Part shown: positions 9,016 to 17,922 of the stretch, piece by piece | Layout: every line of letters starts with the position of its first letter | Position numbering within the stretch: position 1 is the first letter of the stretch | Source of the DNA: an uncultured Candidatus Rokubacteria bacterium | GTDB taxonomy: Bacteria > Methylomirabilota > Methylomirabilia > Rokubacteriales > CSP1-6 | DNA: 64,000 nt | Reading direction: 5' to 3' | NCBI GenBank assembly: GCA_963762145.1 | Contig: CAVXJS010000009.1 | Coordinates: 288,001-352,000 of the forward strand | Notes under the pieces: generated by a model | The model's input: the letters and a program-made list of their open reading frames with translations, nothing else | Databases searched by the model: none | Told to the model about the DNA's origin: nothing | Made by a program: the position numbers and the translations under genes

Positions 9016-10395
9016 CTAGACGGTCGCGGAGGCCGACGGGGTCTGGCGCGTGCGGCGGATGCGCGCCTGGACGTCGCGCACCCGGTCCTGCTCGAAGTCG
9101 ATCTGCACCTCGTGGTGCTCGATCTCCCAGTGCTTCACGGTGGCGAACCAGCCGAAGCGCCGGCCGCGGTGGGGCACCAGGAGCTCACCGCGATAGATCA
9201 CCGCCCGGATCTCGCCGGTGGGCAGGCGCTGCTCCTCCTCGGGGGCGCTGCCCACCAGCCGGAGCACGTCCTCGTAGGTGCTCTCTCCGGGCCGGATGCG
9301 CGCGAGCACCTCCTGCGACGGCACCTCTCCGCGGGTGCGCCCGACGGCCTCCCCGCGCCCGAAATGGACCCGCTGGCGCACGGTCCGGACGAGCTTGCGG
9401 AGCAGATTGCCCACGATCGGGCCGGTGAGATTGCCCAGCCCCAGCAGCAGGGCGGAGAGCAGGATGGGCCGCCAGGGCAGCCGTCCCCGGAAGTACACGA
9501 ACTGCACCCTCAGCACCTGCGGCACGATGCCGTCCGCCGCGACGAGGGGAATCGAGAACGTGTCCGTGTTCTCCCGGGTCTCGCTCAGCCGGCGGAGCGC
9601 GGTGGACGGGACCACCTCGTCGATCTTCAGGTGGTTCGCCTCCGCGAAGTTGATCATGAGGCGGGAGAAGTCGGCCGCGAGCGGGATGACCCGGTCGCGG
9701 TTGCCGTAGTAGAGCGGGTACAGCGATGAATAGCCGACGTCGCCGAAGCTCAGCGTGATGATGTTGCGCCGGCCCCAGAACGCCTCCTCCAGCCAGCTGA
9801 CCTTTCGCGGGGTGATGGCGCCCTTGGCCGCGAGATCGAGCCGTGGGACCCAGTCGAGGCTCGCCAGCTCGGGCTTCCACGGGATCCGGATGTAGGTCAC
9901 GGGCTTCGCGCCGCGCGCGAGCCCCTCCGGCCGCGCGAAGGTGACGAAGAAGGCGCTCCCGAGGTCGAGCCGGCCGGCGGCGCCCGCGCCGGTGCCCATC
10001 TGGAGCCGGTTCCGGGCCGAGAACGGGACCCGGCCGTGCACCAGCACCTTGAACCCGGCGGTCTCCACCTGCTGTCTCAGCGCGGGATCGGCGCCGTCGA
10101 CGCCGTCGGTCCCGACCAGCTCGCCCGGCCAGAGGAGGAAGATGTCCTGGGCGAACTCGGCCGGGTCGCGCGCCGGCGGCGGCGCCACGCTGAACGACAC
10201 CTGGATCGTGACCGGGCCGGGACGATCCTCGACGTGCTTGCGCTCGACGTTCGCGGTGATGAGGACCGGCGCGATCCAGAACTCGGGATGGGGCTTGGAC
10301 GCGATGAAGACCTGCGCGGACGCGATGGGGGGGCCCAGGCCCAGGACGAGGAGAGCGACCGGGACCGCGCGCGCCAGGCGCCCGCGCCGCTTCAC
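9016..10395 (-). CDS. hypothetical membrane-anchored protein with C-terminal SmpA/BamE-like segment
   Basis: GTG start overlapping the upstream stop; signal peptide, one TM helix, IRPGESTYEDVLRLVG. Confidence 0.6.
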   Translation of the reverse strand: MKRRGRLARAVPVALLVLGLGPPIASAQVFIASKPHPEFWIAPVLITANVERKHVEDRPGPVTIQVSFSVAPPPARDPAEFAQDIFLLWPGELVGTDGVDGADPALRQQVETAGFKVLVHGRVPFSARNRLQMGTGAGAAGRLDLGSAFFVTFARPEGLARGAKPVTYIRIPWKPELASLDWVPRLDLAAKGAITPRKVSWLEEAFWGRRNIITLSFGDVGYSSLYPLYYGNRDRVIPLAADFSRLMINFAEANHLKIDEVVPSTALRRLSETRENTDTFSIPLVAADGIVPQVLRVQFVYFRGRLPWRPILLSALLLGLGNLTGPIVGNLLRKLVRTVRQRVHFGRGEAVGRTRGEVPSQEVLARIRPGESTYEDVLRLVGSAPEEEQRLPTGEIRAVIYRGELLVPHRGRRFGWFATVKHWEIEHHEVQIDFEQDRVRDVQARIRRTRQTPSASATV

Positions 10396-11411
10396 CGGGT
10401 GGGATCCTCCCCCACCCGCACCAGCAGCTTGCCGAAGTTCTTGCCCTGGAGCAGGCCGATGAAGGCCTCGGGCGCCTTCTCGAGGCCGACCACGACGTCC
10501 TCGCGATGCTTGAGGCGGCCCTCGCGCAGCCAGCCGCCGCAGTCCTTCAGGAAATCGGGCAGCCGGGCCAGGTGGTCCGACACGATGAAGCCTTTCACGA
10601 GCACGCGGTTGAAGAGCAGCGGCCGCAGGTTGGGGCCCGGCGTCGATTCGGTCGCGTTGTACTCGGAGATGAGCCCGCAGAGCGGGATGCGCGCGTTCAG
10701 GTTCAGCAGCTGCATCACCGCCCGCAGCACGTCGCCGCCCACGTTCTCGAAGTACACGTCGATTCCGCCCGGGCAGGCGGCCTTGAGCGACGCGGCCAGA
10801 TCGCCCGTCTTGTAGTTCACGCACGCGTCGAAGCCCAGCTCGCGCACCACGTAGTCGCACTTGTCCTGGGATCCCGCGATGCCCACCGCGCGCGCGCCCT
10901 TGATCTTCGCGATCTGCCCCACCGCGGAGCCGACCGCCCCCGAGGCCGCCGAGACCACCACCGTCTCGCCGGGCCGGGGCTGGCCGATGTCGAGCAGGCC
11001 CACGTAGGCGGTCATGCCGGGCATGCCGAGCACGCCCAGCGCGGTGGAGACCGGCGCCTGCCCGGGATCGAGCTTGCGGACCGCCGCGCCCTTGGCCACC
11101 GCGTGGGACTGCCAGCCGTCGTAGGCCAGCACGATGTCGCCCTTCGCGAGCCCCGGGTGCTTCGACTCGAGCACCTCGCCGACGGTCGCGCCCACGATCA
11201 CCTGCCCGAGCTCCACCGACTGGGCGTACGACTTGACGCCGCTGATGCGGCCGCGCATGTACGGATCGAGCGAGAGATAGATGGTCCGGCTCAGGATCTC
11301 GCCGTCCTTCGGCGCCGGGAGCGGCGACTCGACGAGCCCGAAGTCGCCGGGCTTGGGCATGCCGACGGGCCGGGTGCGCAGCACGATCTGGCGATTGACG
11401 GATGGGGGCAT
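10392..11411 (-). CDS. NADP-dependent alkenal/double-bond reductase (CurA/PTGR family, MDR)
   Basis: YLSLDPYMRG, LGMPGMTAY, VSAASGAVG, YFENVGG, GKNFGK motifs. Confidence 0.9.
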   Translation of the reverse strand: MPPSVNRQIVLRTRPVGMPKPGDFGLVESPLPAPKDGEILSRTIYLSLDPYMRGRISGVKSYAQSVELGQVIVGATVGEVLESKHPGLAKGDIVLAYDGWQSHAVAKGAAVRKLDPGQAPVSTALGVLGMPGMTAYVGLLDIGQPRPGETVVVSAASGAVGSAVGQIAKIKGARAVGIAGSQDKCDYVVRELGFDACVNYKTGDLAASLKAACPGGIDVYFENVGGDVLRAVMQLLNLNARIPLCGLISEYNATESTPGPNLRPLLFNRVLVKGFIVSDHLARLPDFLKDCGGWLREGRLKHREDVVVGLEKAPEAFIGLLQGKNFGKLLVRVGEDPTR

Positions 11412-11426
11412 AACGGGCTCCTCGGA

Positions 11427-12419
11427 TCAGCGTGGATCATCGCCCCAGCGGTACTCCCGGGTCATCTCGTCGAGGCGCGCCTTGAGCGCGGCGTCGAGCG
11501 GCTTCTCGGTGGCGGGCAGCACGTCGTCGAGCTGGTCGGGGCGGCTCGCCCCCACGATCGGCGACGTGATCACCGGCTCGGCCAGCATCCACGCCACCGC
11601 GAGCCGCGCGAGCGGCATGCCGGCCTCGGCGGCCAGCGGTCGGAGCGCCTCCACCGTCTCGAACTCGCGCTCGTGCCAGTAGCGGTCCTGGTAGCGCTCC
11701 GCCGCGTTGCCGAGCGTGAAGCGGGTGCCCGCGGTGGGTCCGGCGTCGCGGCGGTGCTTGCCGGAGAGGAAGCCGCCGGCCAGCGGGTTGTACGGGATCA
11801 CCCCGAGCCCCTCCTCGCGGCAGAGCGGCAGGAGCTCGCGCTCGGGCTGACGGAAGAGCAGGTTGTAGCGCGGCTGGACCGAATCGAAGCGCGTGAGGCT
11901 GAGCGCCTCGCTCTTGCCGAGCGCGCGGGCCACCTGGTAGGCGTGGAAGTTCGAGCAGCCGACGTAGCGCGCCTTGCCCGCCCGTACCACGTCGTCGAGC
12001 GCGCGCAGGGTCTCGTCGATCGGCGTGTGGGGATCCCAGTGGTGGAGCTGGTAGAGATCCACGTAATCGGTGCGCAGCCGGCGCAGCGAGCCGTCGATGG
12101 CGTCCAGCACGTGCTTGCGCGAGGCGCCGCGGTCCCACGGCCGCGGGCTCATCGCGCCGACGCACTTGGTGGCCACCACGAAGTCCTGGCGGCGGCCCTC
12201 GAGCCAGCGCCCGACGATCTCCTCGGTGCGGCCCACCGTCTCGAGACCGCCGCCCACCGGGTAGACGTCGGCGGTGTCGAGGAAGGTGATCCCGCCCGCC
12301 GCCGCGCGATCGAGGATGGCGCGAGAGGCCGCCTCGTCGCACTGCAGGCCGAAGGTCATGGTGCCCAGGCACAAGCGCGAGACGGAGAGACCGGTGCGGC
12401 CGAGACGCGTGTGGCGCAT
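11427..12419 (-). CDS. aldo/keto reductase
   Basis: LGRTGLSVSRLCLGTMTFG, DTADVY, DLYQLH, PYNPLAGG. Confidence 0.92.
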   Translation of the reverse strand: MRHTRLGRTGLSVSRLCLGTMTFGLQCDEAASRAILDRAAAGGITFLDTADVYPVGGGLETVGRTEEIVGRWLEGRRQDFVVATKCVGAMSPRPWDRGASRKHVLDAIDGSLRRLRTDYVDLYQLHHWDPHTPIDETLRALDDVVRAGKARYVGCSNFHAYQVARALGKSEALSLTRFDSVQPRYNLLFRQPERELLPLCREEGLGVIPYNPLAGGFLSGKHRRDAGPTAGTRFTLGNAAERYQDRYWHEREFETVEALRPLAAEAGMPLARLAVAWMLAEPVITSPIVGASRPDQLDDVLPATEKPLDAALKARLDEMTREYRWGDDPR

Positions 12420-12493
12420 AGAGCTCAGAGAGTAAACGACCCTCCGACGGCGGGCAAGCGAGCGGCGCACGGACCGTGGTATAACCAGCGGCC

Positions 12494-13477
12494 ATGGAAT
12501 ACCGAACGCTGGGACGAGCCGGGTTGAAGATCTCCGCGCTGGGCTTCGGCTGCGGGGACGTGGGCGGGCTGATGGTGAGGGGCACGCCGGCCGAGCGGGA
12601 GCGCGGCGTGGCGCGCGCGCTGGAGCACGGGATCAACTACCTCGACACCGCGCCGTCGTACGGGTCGGGCGAGTCGGAGAAGAACCTGGGCCAGGTGCTG
12701 CGCGCGCTCAAGCCCACCGTGATCGTCGGGACCAAGTGGCGGCTCGGGGCCGCCGATCTGGCCGACGTGCCGGGCGCGGTCACGCGCTCCGTGGAGACGA
12801 GCCTCGCGCGGCTCGGACTCCCGCGGGTGGACCTGCTGCACCTGCACAACCTGATCGGGCGCGTGGGCGAGGAGCGGCCGCTCGGCGTCGCGCGCGTGCT
12901 GGAGGCGGTGGTGCCGGCGGTGCGACGGCTGCAGGAGCAGGGCAAGGTTCGGTTCTTCGGGGTCACCGCCTCGGGGGAGACCGGCGCGCTCCATCGTGCG
13001 CTCGCCAGCGGGGCAATCGACACCGCGCAGGTGGTCTTCAACCTGCTGAACCCGACCGGAGCCTACGCGCTGCCGGTGGGCTACCCCGCGCAGGACTACG
13101 ATCGGCTGCTGGTTCTCGCGCGCGAGCAGGGCGTGGGGACGATCGGCATCCGCGTGCTGGCGGGGGGCGCGCTGAGCGGCCAGGTCGCGCGCCATCCGAC
13201 CGCGATCCCGAGCGTGGCCCCGATCGCGTCGGGTCCGGACTACGCCACCGACGTGGCCCGCGCCCGGGCCCTCGAGCCGCTGGTGGCCCAGGGCCACGCG
13301 GCCAGCGTGGTCGAGGCCGCGCTGCGCTTCGCCATCACCGGCGACGCGCTCTCGACCGTGCTCATCGGCTGCTCCGACCTCGCCCAGCTCGACTTCGCCG
13401 CCGCCGCGGTCGCCAAGGGCCCCCTCTCCCCCGCCGCCCTCGCCAGTCTCAACGCTATCTGGAAGGGCCTGCAGTAA
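12494..13477 (+). CDS. aldo/keto reductase
   Basis: MEYRTLG, DTAPSYG, DLLHLHN motifs. Confidence 0.9.
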   Translation: MEYRTLGRAGLKISALGFGCGDVGGLMVRGTPAERERGVARALEHGINYLDTAPSYGSGESEKNLGQVLRALKPTVIVGTKWRLGAADLADVPGAVTRSVETSLARLGLPRVDLLHLHNLIGRVGEERPLGVARVLEAVVPAVRRLQEQGKVRFFGVTASGETGALHRALASGAIDTAQVVFNLLNPTGAYALPVGYPAQDYDRLLVLAREQGVGTIGIRVLAGGALSGQVARHPTAIPSVAPIASGPDYATDVARARALEPLVAQGHAASVVEAALRFAITGDALSTVLIGCSDLAQLDFAAAAVAKGPLSPAALASLNAIWKGLQ

Positions 13478-13562
13478 GGGGTCAGGTCTTACATTCCAAC
13501 ATTTCCTGGCGAGGTGCCCTCGGCAACCGTGAAGGAAATGTTGGAATGCAAGACCTGACCCC
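13478..13562. repeat. 85-bp REP/MITE-like inverted repeat
   Basis: GGGGTCAGGTCTTACATTCCAACATTTCCT ... AGGAAATGTTGGAATGCAAGACCTGACCCC; 30-bp arms with one mismatch, between convergent stops. Confidence 0.85.
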
Positions 13563-13566
13563 AGGC

Positions 13567-14637
13567 CTAGCGGTTTGGCCCTCTCCCCATCGGGTAGGGC
13601 TGCCAGCGGATCAGGGATGTCTTGGGAAGGACGCCGGGGTTGACCGCGGAACGCGGCCACTTGCCCTGCAGCACCGTCGCCAGCTCGCGGCCCAGCCTCC
13701 GGCGCGTTTCCGGCGCCATGCGAGCCGTGGCGGAGGCGATGTGCGGGCTCACCAGCACGTTGTCCATGTGCAGCAGCGCGTTGCTCGGATCCACCGGCTC
13801 GACCTCGAACACGTCGAGCGCGGCGCCCGCGATCAGGCCCTGGCGGAGCGCGTCGGCCAGCGCGGCCTCGTTCACCGTCGGCCCCCGCCCGTTGTTGATG
13901 AAGATCGCGCTCTTCTTCATCGCGCGGAACTCGCGCTCGCCCATCATGTGGCGCGTCTCGGAGTTCAGCGGGGCGTGCATGGACAGGAAGTCGGAGCGCT
14001 GGCACAGCTCGGTCAGGCTCGTGACCGGCTCGACGCCGACCGCGGTCATCTCGAGCTCGGCGAGGAACGGATCGTAGGCGATGACCCGCAGGCCGAAGGC
14101 GTGGCAGCGGCGCGCGACCGCCTTGGCCACGTTCCCGAACGAGATCAGGCCGATGGTCTGGCCGTACAGGCGCGGGATGCCCGCGAAGTAGGGCCGGCCC
14201 TCGGTCCACTTGTTGTCGACGGTGAGCTGGTGCATCAGGCGCAGGCGCCGGTGGGCGGCCAGGAACATGGCCATGGTGTGATCGGCCACCTCGTCGATGA
14301 AGACGTCGGGCACGTTGGTGACCACGATCCCGGCCTCGGTGGCCGCGTCCACGTCCACCGTGTCCGCCCCCACGCTGCCGAGCCCGATGACTTTGCAGTT
14401 TCGCAGACCCTTGATGATGGCCGCGGTAATTCGCCGGTTGCGCGCGATGACCGCGTCGGCGTCCTGGGCCGCCGCGATGAACTCCTCCTCGGTCTTGGCC
14501 GGCACCTCGACGATCTCGGCGCCGATGGGATCGAGGGCCTCGCGCTCGATCGAGTAGGCCGAATCGGCCAGGTCATAGGTGATGCCGCCCGACGGCTTCT
14601 GCACGACGATCTTGAACTTCTTGGCTCCGGCTGCCAT
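13567..14637 (-). CDS. D-2-hydroxyacid dehydrogenase (CtBP-like)
   Basis: GIVVTNVPD, GLISFGNVA, HAPL, INNGRG, ALDVFEVEP, SPHIA. Confidence 0.88.
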   Translation of the reverse strand: MAAGAKKFKIVVQKPSGGITYDLADSAYSIEREALDPIGAEIVEVPAKTEEEFIAAAQDADAVIARNRRITAAIIKGLRNCKVIGLGSVGADTVDVDAATEAGIVVTNVPDVFIDEVADHTMAMFLAAHRRLRLMHQLTVDNKWTEGRPYFAGIPRLYGQTIGLISFGNVAKAVARRCHAFGLRVIAYDPFLAELEMTAVGVEPVTSLTELCQRSDFLSMHAPLNSETRHMMGEREFRAMKKSAIFINNGRGPTVNEAALADALRQGLIAGAALDVFEVEPVDPSNALLHMDNVLVSPHIASATARMAPETRRRLGRELATVLQGKWPRSAVNPGVLPKTSLIRWQPYPMGRGPNR

Positions 14638-14737
14638 GCCGACGACCTCCTGGATGGTCTGGGGGTAGGTACCGCGGTCCGCGGCCACCAAGCATACGCT
14701 CTCCCCGGCCCTGCCGTCGAGGCCCTCCTGTGCTAGG

Positions 14738-15545
14738 GTGGGCGCTGTCATGCTCGTCGGCGCGTTCGCGGTCGCGCACACTCCGCAGCTCCTGATCCGC
14801 CCGGAGACCGAGGATCGCGACCTCGTGCTGCGCGTGCACGCGGCGATGGGGCGGGTCAAGCGGCGGCTGCAGGAGCTCCGGCCCGACGCGATCGCGATCG
14901 TCGCGGGCGACCACGTCGAGGCGTTCTTCCTGGACGCGGTCCCCGCGCTCGCGGTCTACGTGGGGCGCGAGTGCGCGGGCACCTTCGGCCCGTACCGCTA
15001 CCGCCTCGACATCCACGAGCCGCTCGCCCGCGCGGTGGTCGAGCAGGGCATCGAGCGCGGCTTCGATCTCCTCTACACCCAGGACGCCAAGCTCGACTAC
15101 GCGTTCTACGTGCCGCTGCACTTCGTGATGCCGGAGCCCGCGCGGCCGATCGTCCCGCTGCACGTCAACGTGTACCTGCCGCCCCAGCCGACGCCCGCGC
15201 CGCTGCCACGCCTGGGGCGCCGCGCTCGGCGACATCCTCCGCGCGCGCCCCGAGCGCGTGGCCCTCATCGCCTCGGGCGGCATGTCGCACTTCCCGGGCA
15301 CCGACCGCTACGCGTCGCCCGAGTTCGACTACGACCGCGGCCTCCTCGACCTGCTCCGCGAGGGGCGCGGTCGCGAGCTCGCGCGGGTCACCGGGGAAGA
15401 GCTCGACAAGCGGGGCAACATCGAGCTGCGCACCTGGATCACCCTGCTGGGCGCGGTGGGCGACGTCCGCGCGGACGTGTACTGCTACGAGCCCTCGTGG
15501 CACCACGGCAACGCGGTGGTGGAATGGCCGCTCCCGCCCGCATGA
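14738..15545 (+). CDS. LigB-family extradiol ring-cleavage dioxygenase, catalytic subunit (frameshift near 15200)
   Basis: AVAHTP, DHVEAFFLD, LDYAFYVPL, then IASGGMSHFPG and GNIELRTW in the shifted frame. Confidence 0.8.
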
Positions 15546-15814
15546 CGGCCCACTACCGCTTCCCGCCGTCCGAGGCCTACCCGCTCAATCGCGTCCTCTA
15601 CGCGCTCAAGTCCGATCCTGCCTTCATCGAGCGCTTCCTCGCCGATCCGGTCGCGGCGACCGGCGGGCTGGGCCTGACCGAGGGCGAGCGGGCCGACCTG
15701 CGCCGCATGGATCGCGACGCGCTGGTGGCCCGCGGCGCCCATCCCTACCTGGTCTTCATGGCCGGGCTGCGGCTCAGGATGGCGGCCGAGCCCGGCACGC
15801 TCGAGTACTTCTAG
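15542..15814 (+). CDS. LigA-like dioxygenase small subunit
   Basis: YPLNRVL...RFLADP...LTEGER...GAHPYL; ATGA overlap with the upstream stop. Confidence 0.75.
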   Translation: MTAHYRFPPSEAYPLNRVLYALKSDPAFIERFLADPVAATGGLGLTEGERADLRRMDRDALVARGAHPYLVFMAGLRLRMAAEPGTLEYF

Positions 15815-15829
15815 CCGGGGCGATTCCTT

Positions 15830-16208
15830 CTAGCCGGTCGACACCTCGAGTCGCGTGGCGACCAGCTTCGCGCCGCGCTCCTCGTAGAAGGCCTTCACTT
15901 TCGCCCCCTCCTGGAGATCGGCGAACCTCGCCTCGCGGCCGTTCACCTGGATCAGGGTGCTCGGGACCGACCTCGAGGGTCTTGCCGAGCAGGCCCAGAA
16001 AGATCGAGACGTCCACGCTCTCGTTCCGCCCGTCCACCCGCGTGAGGGTTCCCTCGATCATGCCGGGCGCCCGTACGAGGCGGTCGAGGCGGGGCCCCGG
16101 CGGCGGCTGCAGCGGGGGCTGCAACGGCTCGGATTTGACCTGCGCGAAGCCGGGCGGCGACGAGAGCAGCGCCAGCCCCATGGCGAGCATCACGGCGAAT
16201 CGTGTCAT
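15830..16208 (-). CDS. small exported OB-fold/DUF5666-like protein (frameshift near 15962)
   Basis: Signal peptide; IEGTLTRVD...LQEGAKVKAFYEERGAKLVATRLEV after the frame change. Confidence 0.65.
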
Positions 16209-16258
16209 GACGTGTCCCCCCTCCGCGGGGTGTTGGCCCCGCTTCCGCATAAGGACAG

Positions 16259-16274
16259 AGCAAGGGCGATACCA
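16259..16274 (-). promoter_or_regulatory. sigma-54 promoter
   Basis: Minus strand reads TGGTAT-CGCCC-TTGCT. Confidence 0.6.
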
Positions 16275-16392
16275 GATCCGCCATTCGAGGGGTCGAACGC
16301 CCGATTGGGGAGCCCCGGCCCATCTCAGGATGTAAGGCTTACACGTGCCGGGAACGTAAGATGTTCCAGTGAGCTTCCTGAGAGGAGGCGCG

Positions 16393-16566
16393 ATGCGACG
16401 ACGCTATCGGCGACTGGCCCGGCGCTTCCGGTCCATCGCCTTCATCACGACCGTGTTCCGCACCTACCGGGAGGGCCGCCGACGCGGCCAGACTCACCTC
16501 GCCGCGCTGCGCTTCGGCCGCGCGGTGGCCCGGTGGCGGCGCCACAACGGGGCCGCGCATTCGTAG
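16393..16566 (+). CDS. small Arg-rich hypothetical protein
   Basis: Strong RBS GAGGAGG followed by a 57-aa ORF. Confidence 0.5.
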   Translation: MRRRYRRLARRFRSIAFITTVFRTYREGRRRGQTHLAALRFGRAVARWRRHNGAAHS

Positions 16567-16603
16567 ACGCGCGCTGCTCCGCCTGGCGCTGGCCGGCCTC
16601 GCG

Positions 16604-17020
16604 GTGGCGATGCCGGCCCAGGTCCGCGCCCAGGCGGCCCCGCCCGGCACCGCCGCGCCGGCCCCGGTGACCCGCGAGCTGCAGCAGGCGCTCGCCACCG
16701 CCACCGAACGCTTCCAGGCCCTGGACTCGCCCGGCGTCCTCGCGTTCGTGTCGGAGCAGTACCGCAACGGGCCGTTCACCAAGACGTCCCTGCGCGAGCA
16801 CCTGCAGGCCATGTTCGCCCTCTACGACACCGTACGCGCCCGTGTGCGCGTGGACGACGTGCGCCTGGTGGACGGCGCGGCGTGGGTCTACTCGACCGGC
16901 GAGATCTCGGGACGCCTCCGCGGCGTCGGGCTCTGGACCTCCGCGCTGACCTGGGAGCGCGAGCCCGACGTCGCCCGCAAGGAGAACGGCACCTGGCGCC
17001 TAGTAGGCCCCGGCCCCTAG
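16604..17020 (+). CDS. exported NTF2/SnoaL-like protein (start uncertain)
   Basis: Signal-like N-terminus, alpha+beta pattern ending KENGTWRLVG. Confidence 0.6.
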   Translation: MAMPAQVRAQAAPPGTAAPAPVTRELQQALATATERFQALDSPGVLAFVSEQYRNGPFTKTSLREHLQAMFALYDTVRARVRVDDVRLVDGAAWVYSTGEISGRLRGVGLWTSALTWEREPDVARKENGTWRLVGPGP

Positions 17021-17142
17021 GCGTCCGATAAGGGGCCATCTGCTTCGTTGGCGCCCTCGACCGCCCGCTCGACGTACAGAGAGTACGCCTCGCGGGCGGT
17101 CTTCGGGCGCCGCCTCGCAGCTGACCCCTTCTCGACGCCTAG
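17017..17142. mobile_element. CTAG-flanked hairpin MITE-like element
   Basis: CTAG-GCGTCCGATAAGGGGCCATCTGC ... GCAGCTGACCCCTTCTCGACGC-CTAG; imperfect long stem with an internal GTAC..GTAC loop. Confidence 0.65.
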
Positions 17143-17156
17143 TCCGTCAGCGCTGA

Positions 17157-17858
17157 CTAGAAGAACGGGGAGTAGTACTGGCGGAAGGCGCGGAAGTACG
17201 GGACCGACACGCCGCAGAGCGGCGCGGCGTGAAAGCGCTCGTCGCGCGGATCGAAGCGGACGATGCCCGGCGCGGTGGGATCGTTGGGATCGTAGACGAT
17301 GAAGTCCACCGCGTCGTCGGCGGCGCGGTAGTCGAAAGCCATCACCGAGTGGTTGAACTTGATCCGCGGGAAGTCGGTCACGAACAGCTGCACCGGCCGC
17401 CCCCCCTGTAGCTCGGCAACCGTCTCGCGGGCCACCCGCTCCTGCTGCCCGCGCAGCGACGGGAACGTCATCCGCCAGTTCGTCCAGTGCACGAGCGTCC
17501 AGAAGCGCCCGCGCAGCCCGTCCTTGACCGCGGCGACCTCGGCGGCGGAGAAGGCGTGGAGCGACGGGTAGCCGGGAATGACGATGCGCTGGGCCGGCGG
17601 CAGCGGCGCCCGCCACGCCCCGCGGCGCGTGACGCGATGGACGAGCTCCGCGTAGGCGGCGGACGGCAGGCGCGGCTCCTCCGGCGCGAAGCAGGCGAAG
17701 CGCTGAAACTGGCCGACCGCCCGCGCCATCAGGAAGCAGCGGTTGCAGTAGATGTCGGGCAGGTCGCGGTGGTAGATGCGGCTGTCGTTCCGGAAGGCGA
17801 AGGTGTCGACGCCGAAATTCAGCACCGGACCCGACGTCGGACGGGGAAGGGCGAGCAT
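17157..17858 (-). CDS. hypothetical protein, possible papain-like cysteine peptidase
   Basis: RCFLMA...NHSVMAFDY...IVYDPND pattern. Confidence 0.55.
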   Translation of the reverse strand: MLALPRPTSGPVLNFGVDTFAFRNDSRIYHRDLPDIYCNRCFLMARAVGQFQRFACFAPEEPRLPSAAYAELVHRVTRRGAWRAPLPPAQRIVIPGYPSLHAFSAAEVAAVKDGLRGRFWTLVHWTNWRMTFPSLRGQQERVARETVAELQGGRPVQLFVTDFPRIKFNHSVMAFDYRAADDAVDFIVYDPNDPTAPGIVRFDPRDERFHAAPLCGVSVPYFRAFRQYYSPFF

Positions 17859-17922
17859 CGCGCCGTCGATTATACGGTATGCTACGGCCGCCGTCCGCGC
17901 GCGGCCACGGGAGGAATCGGAT

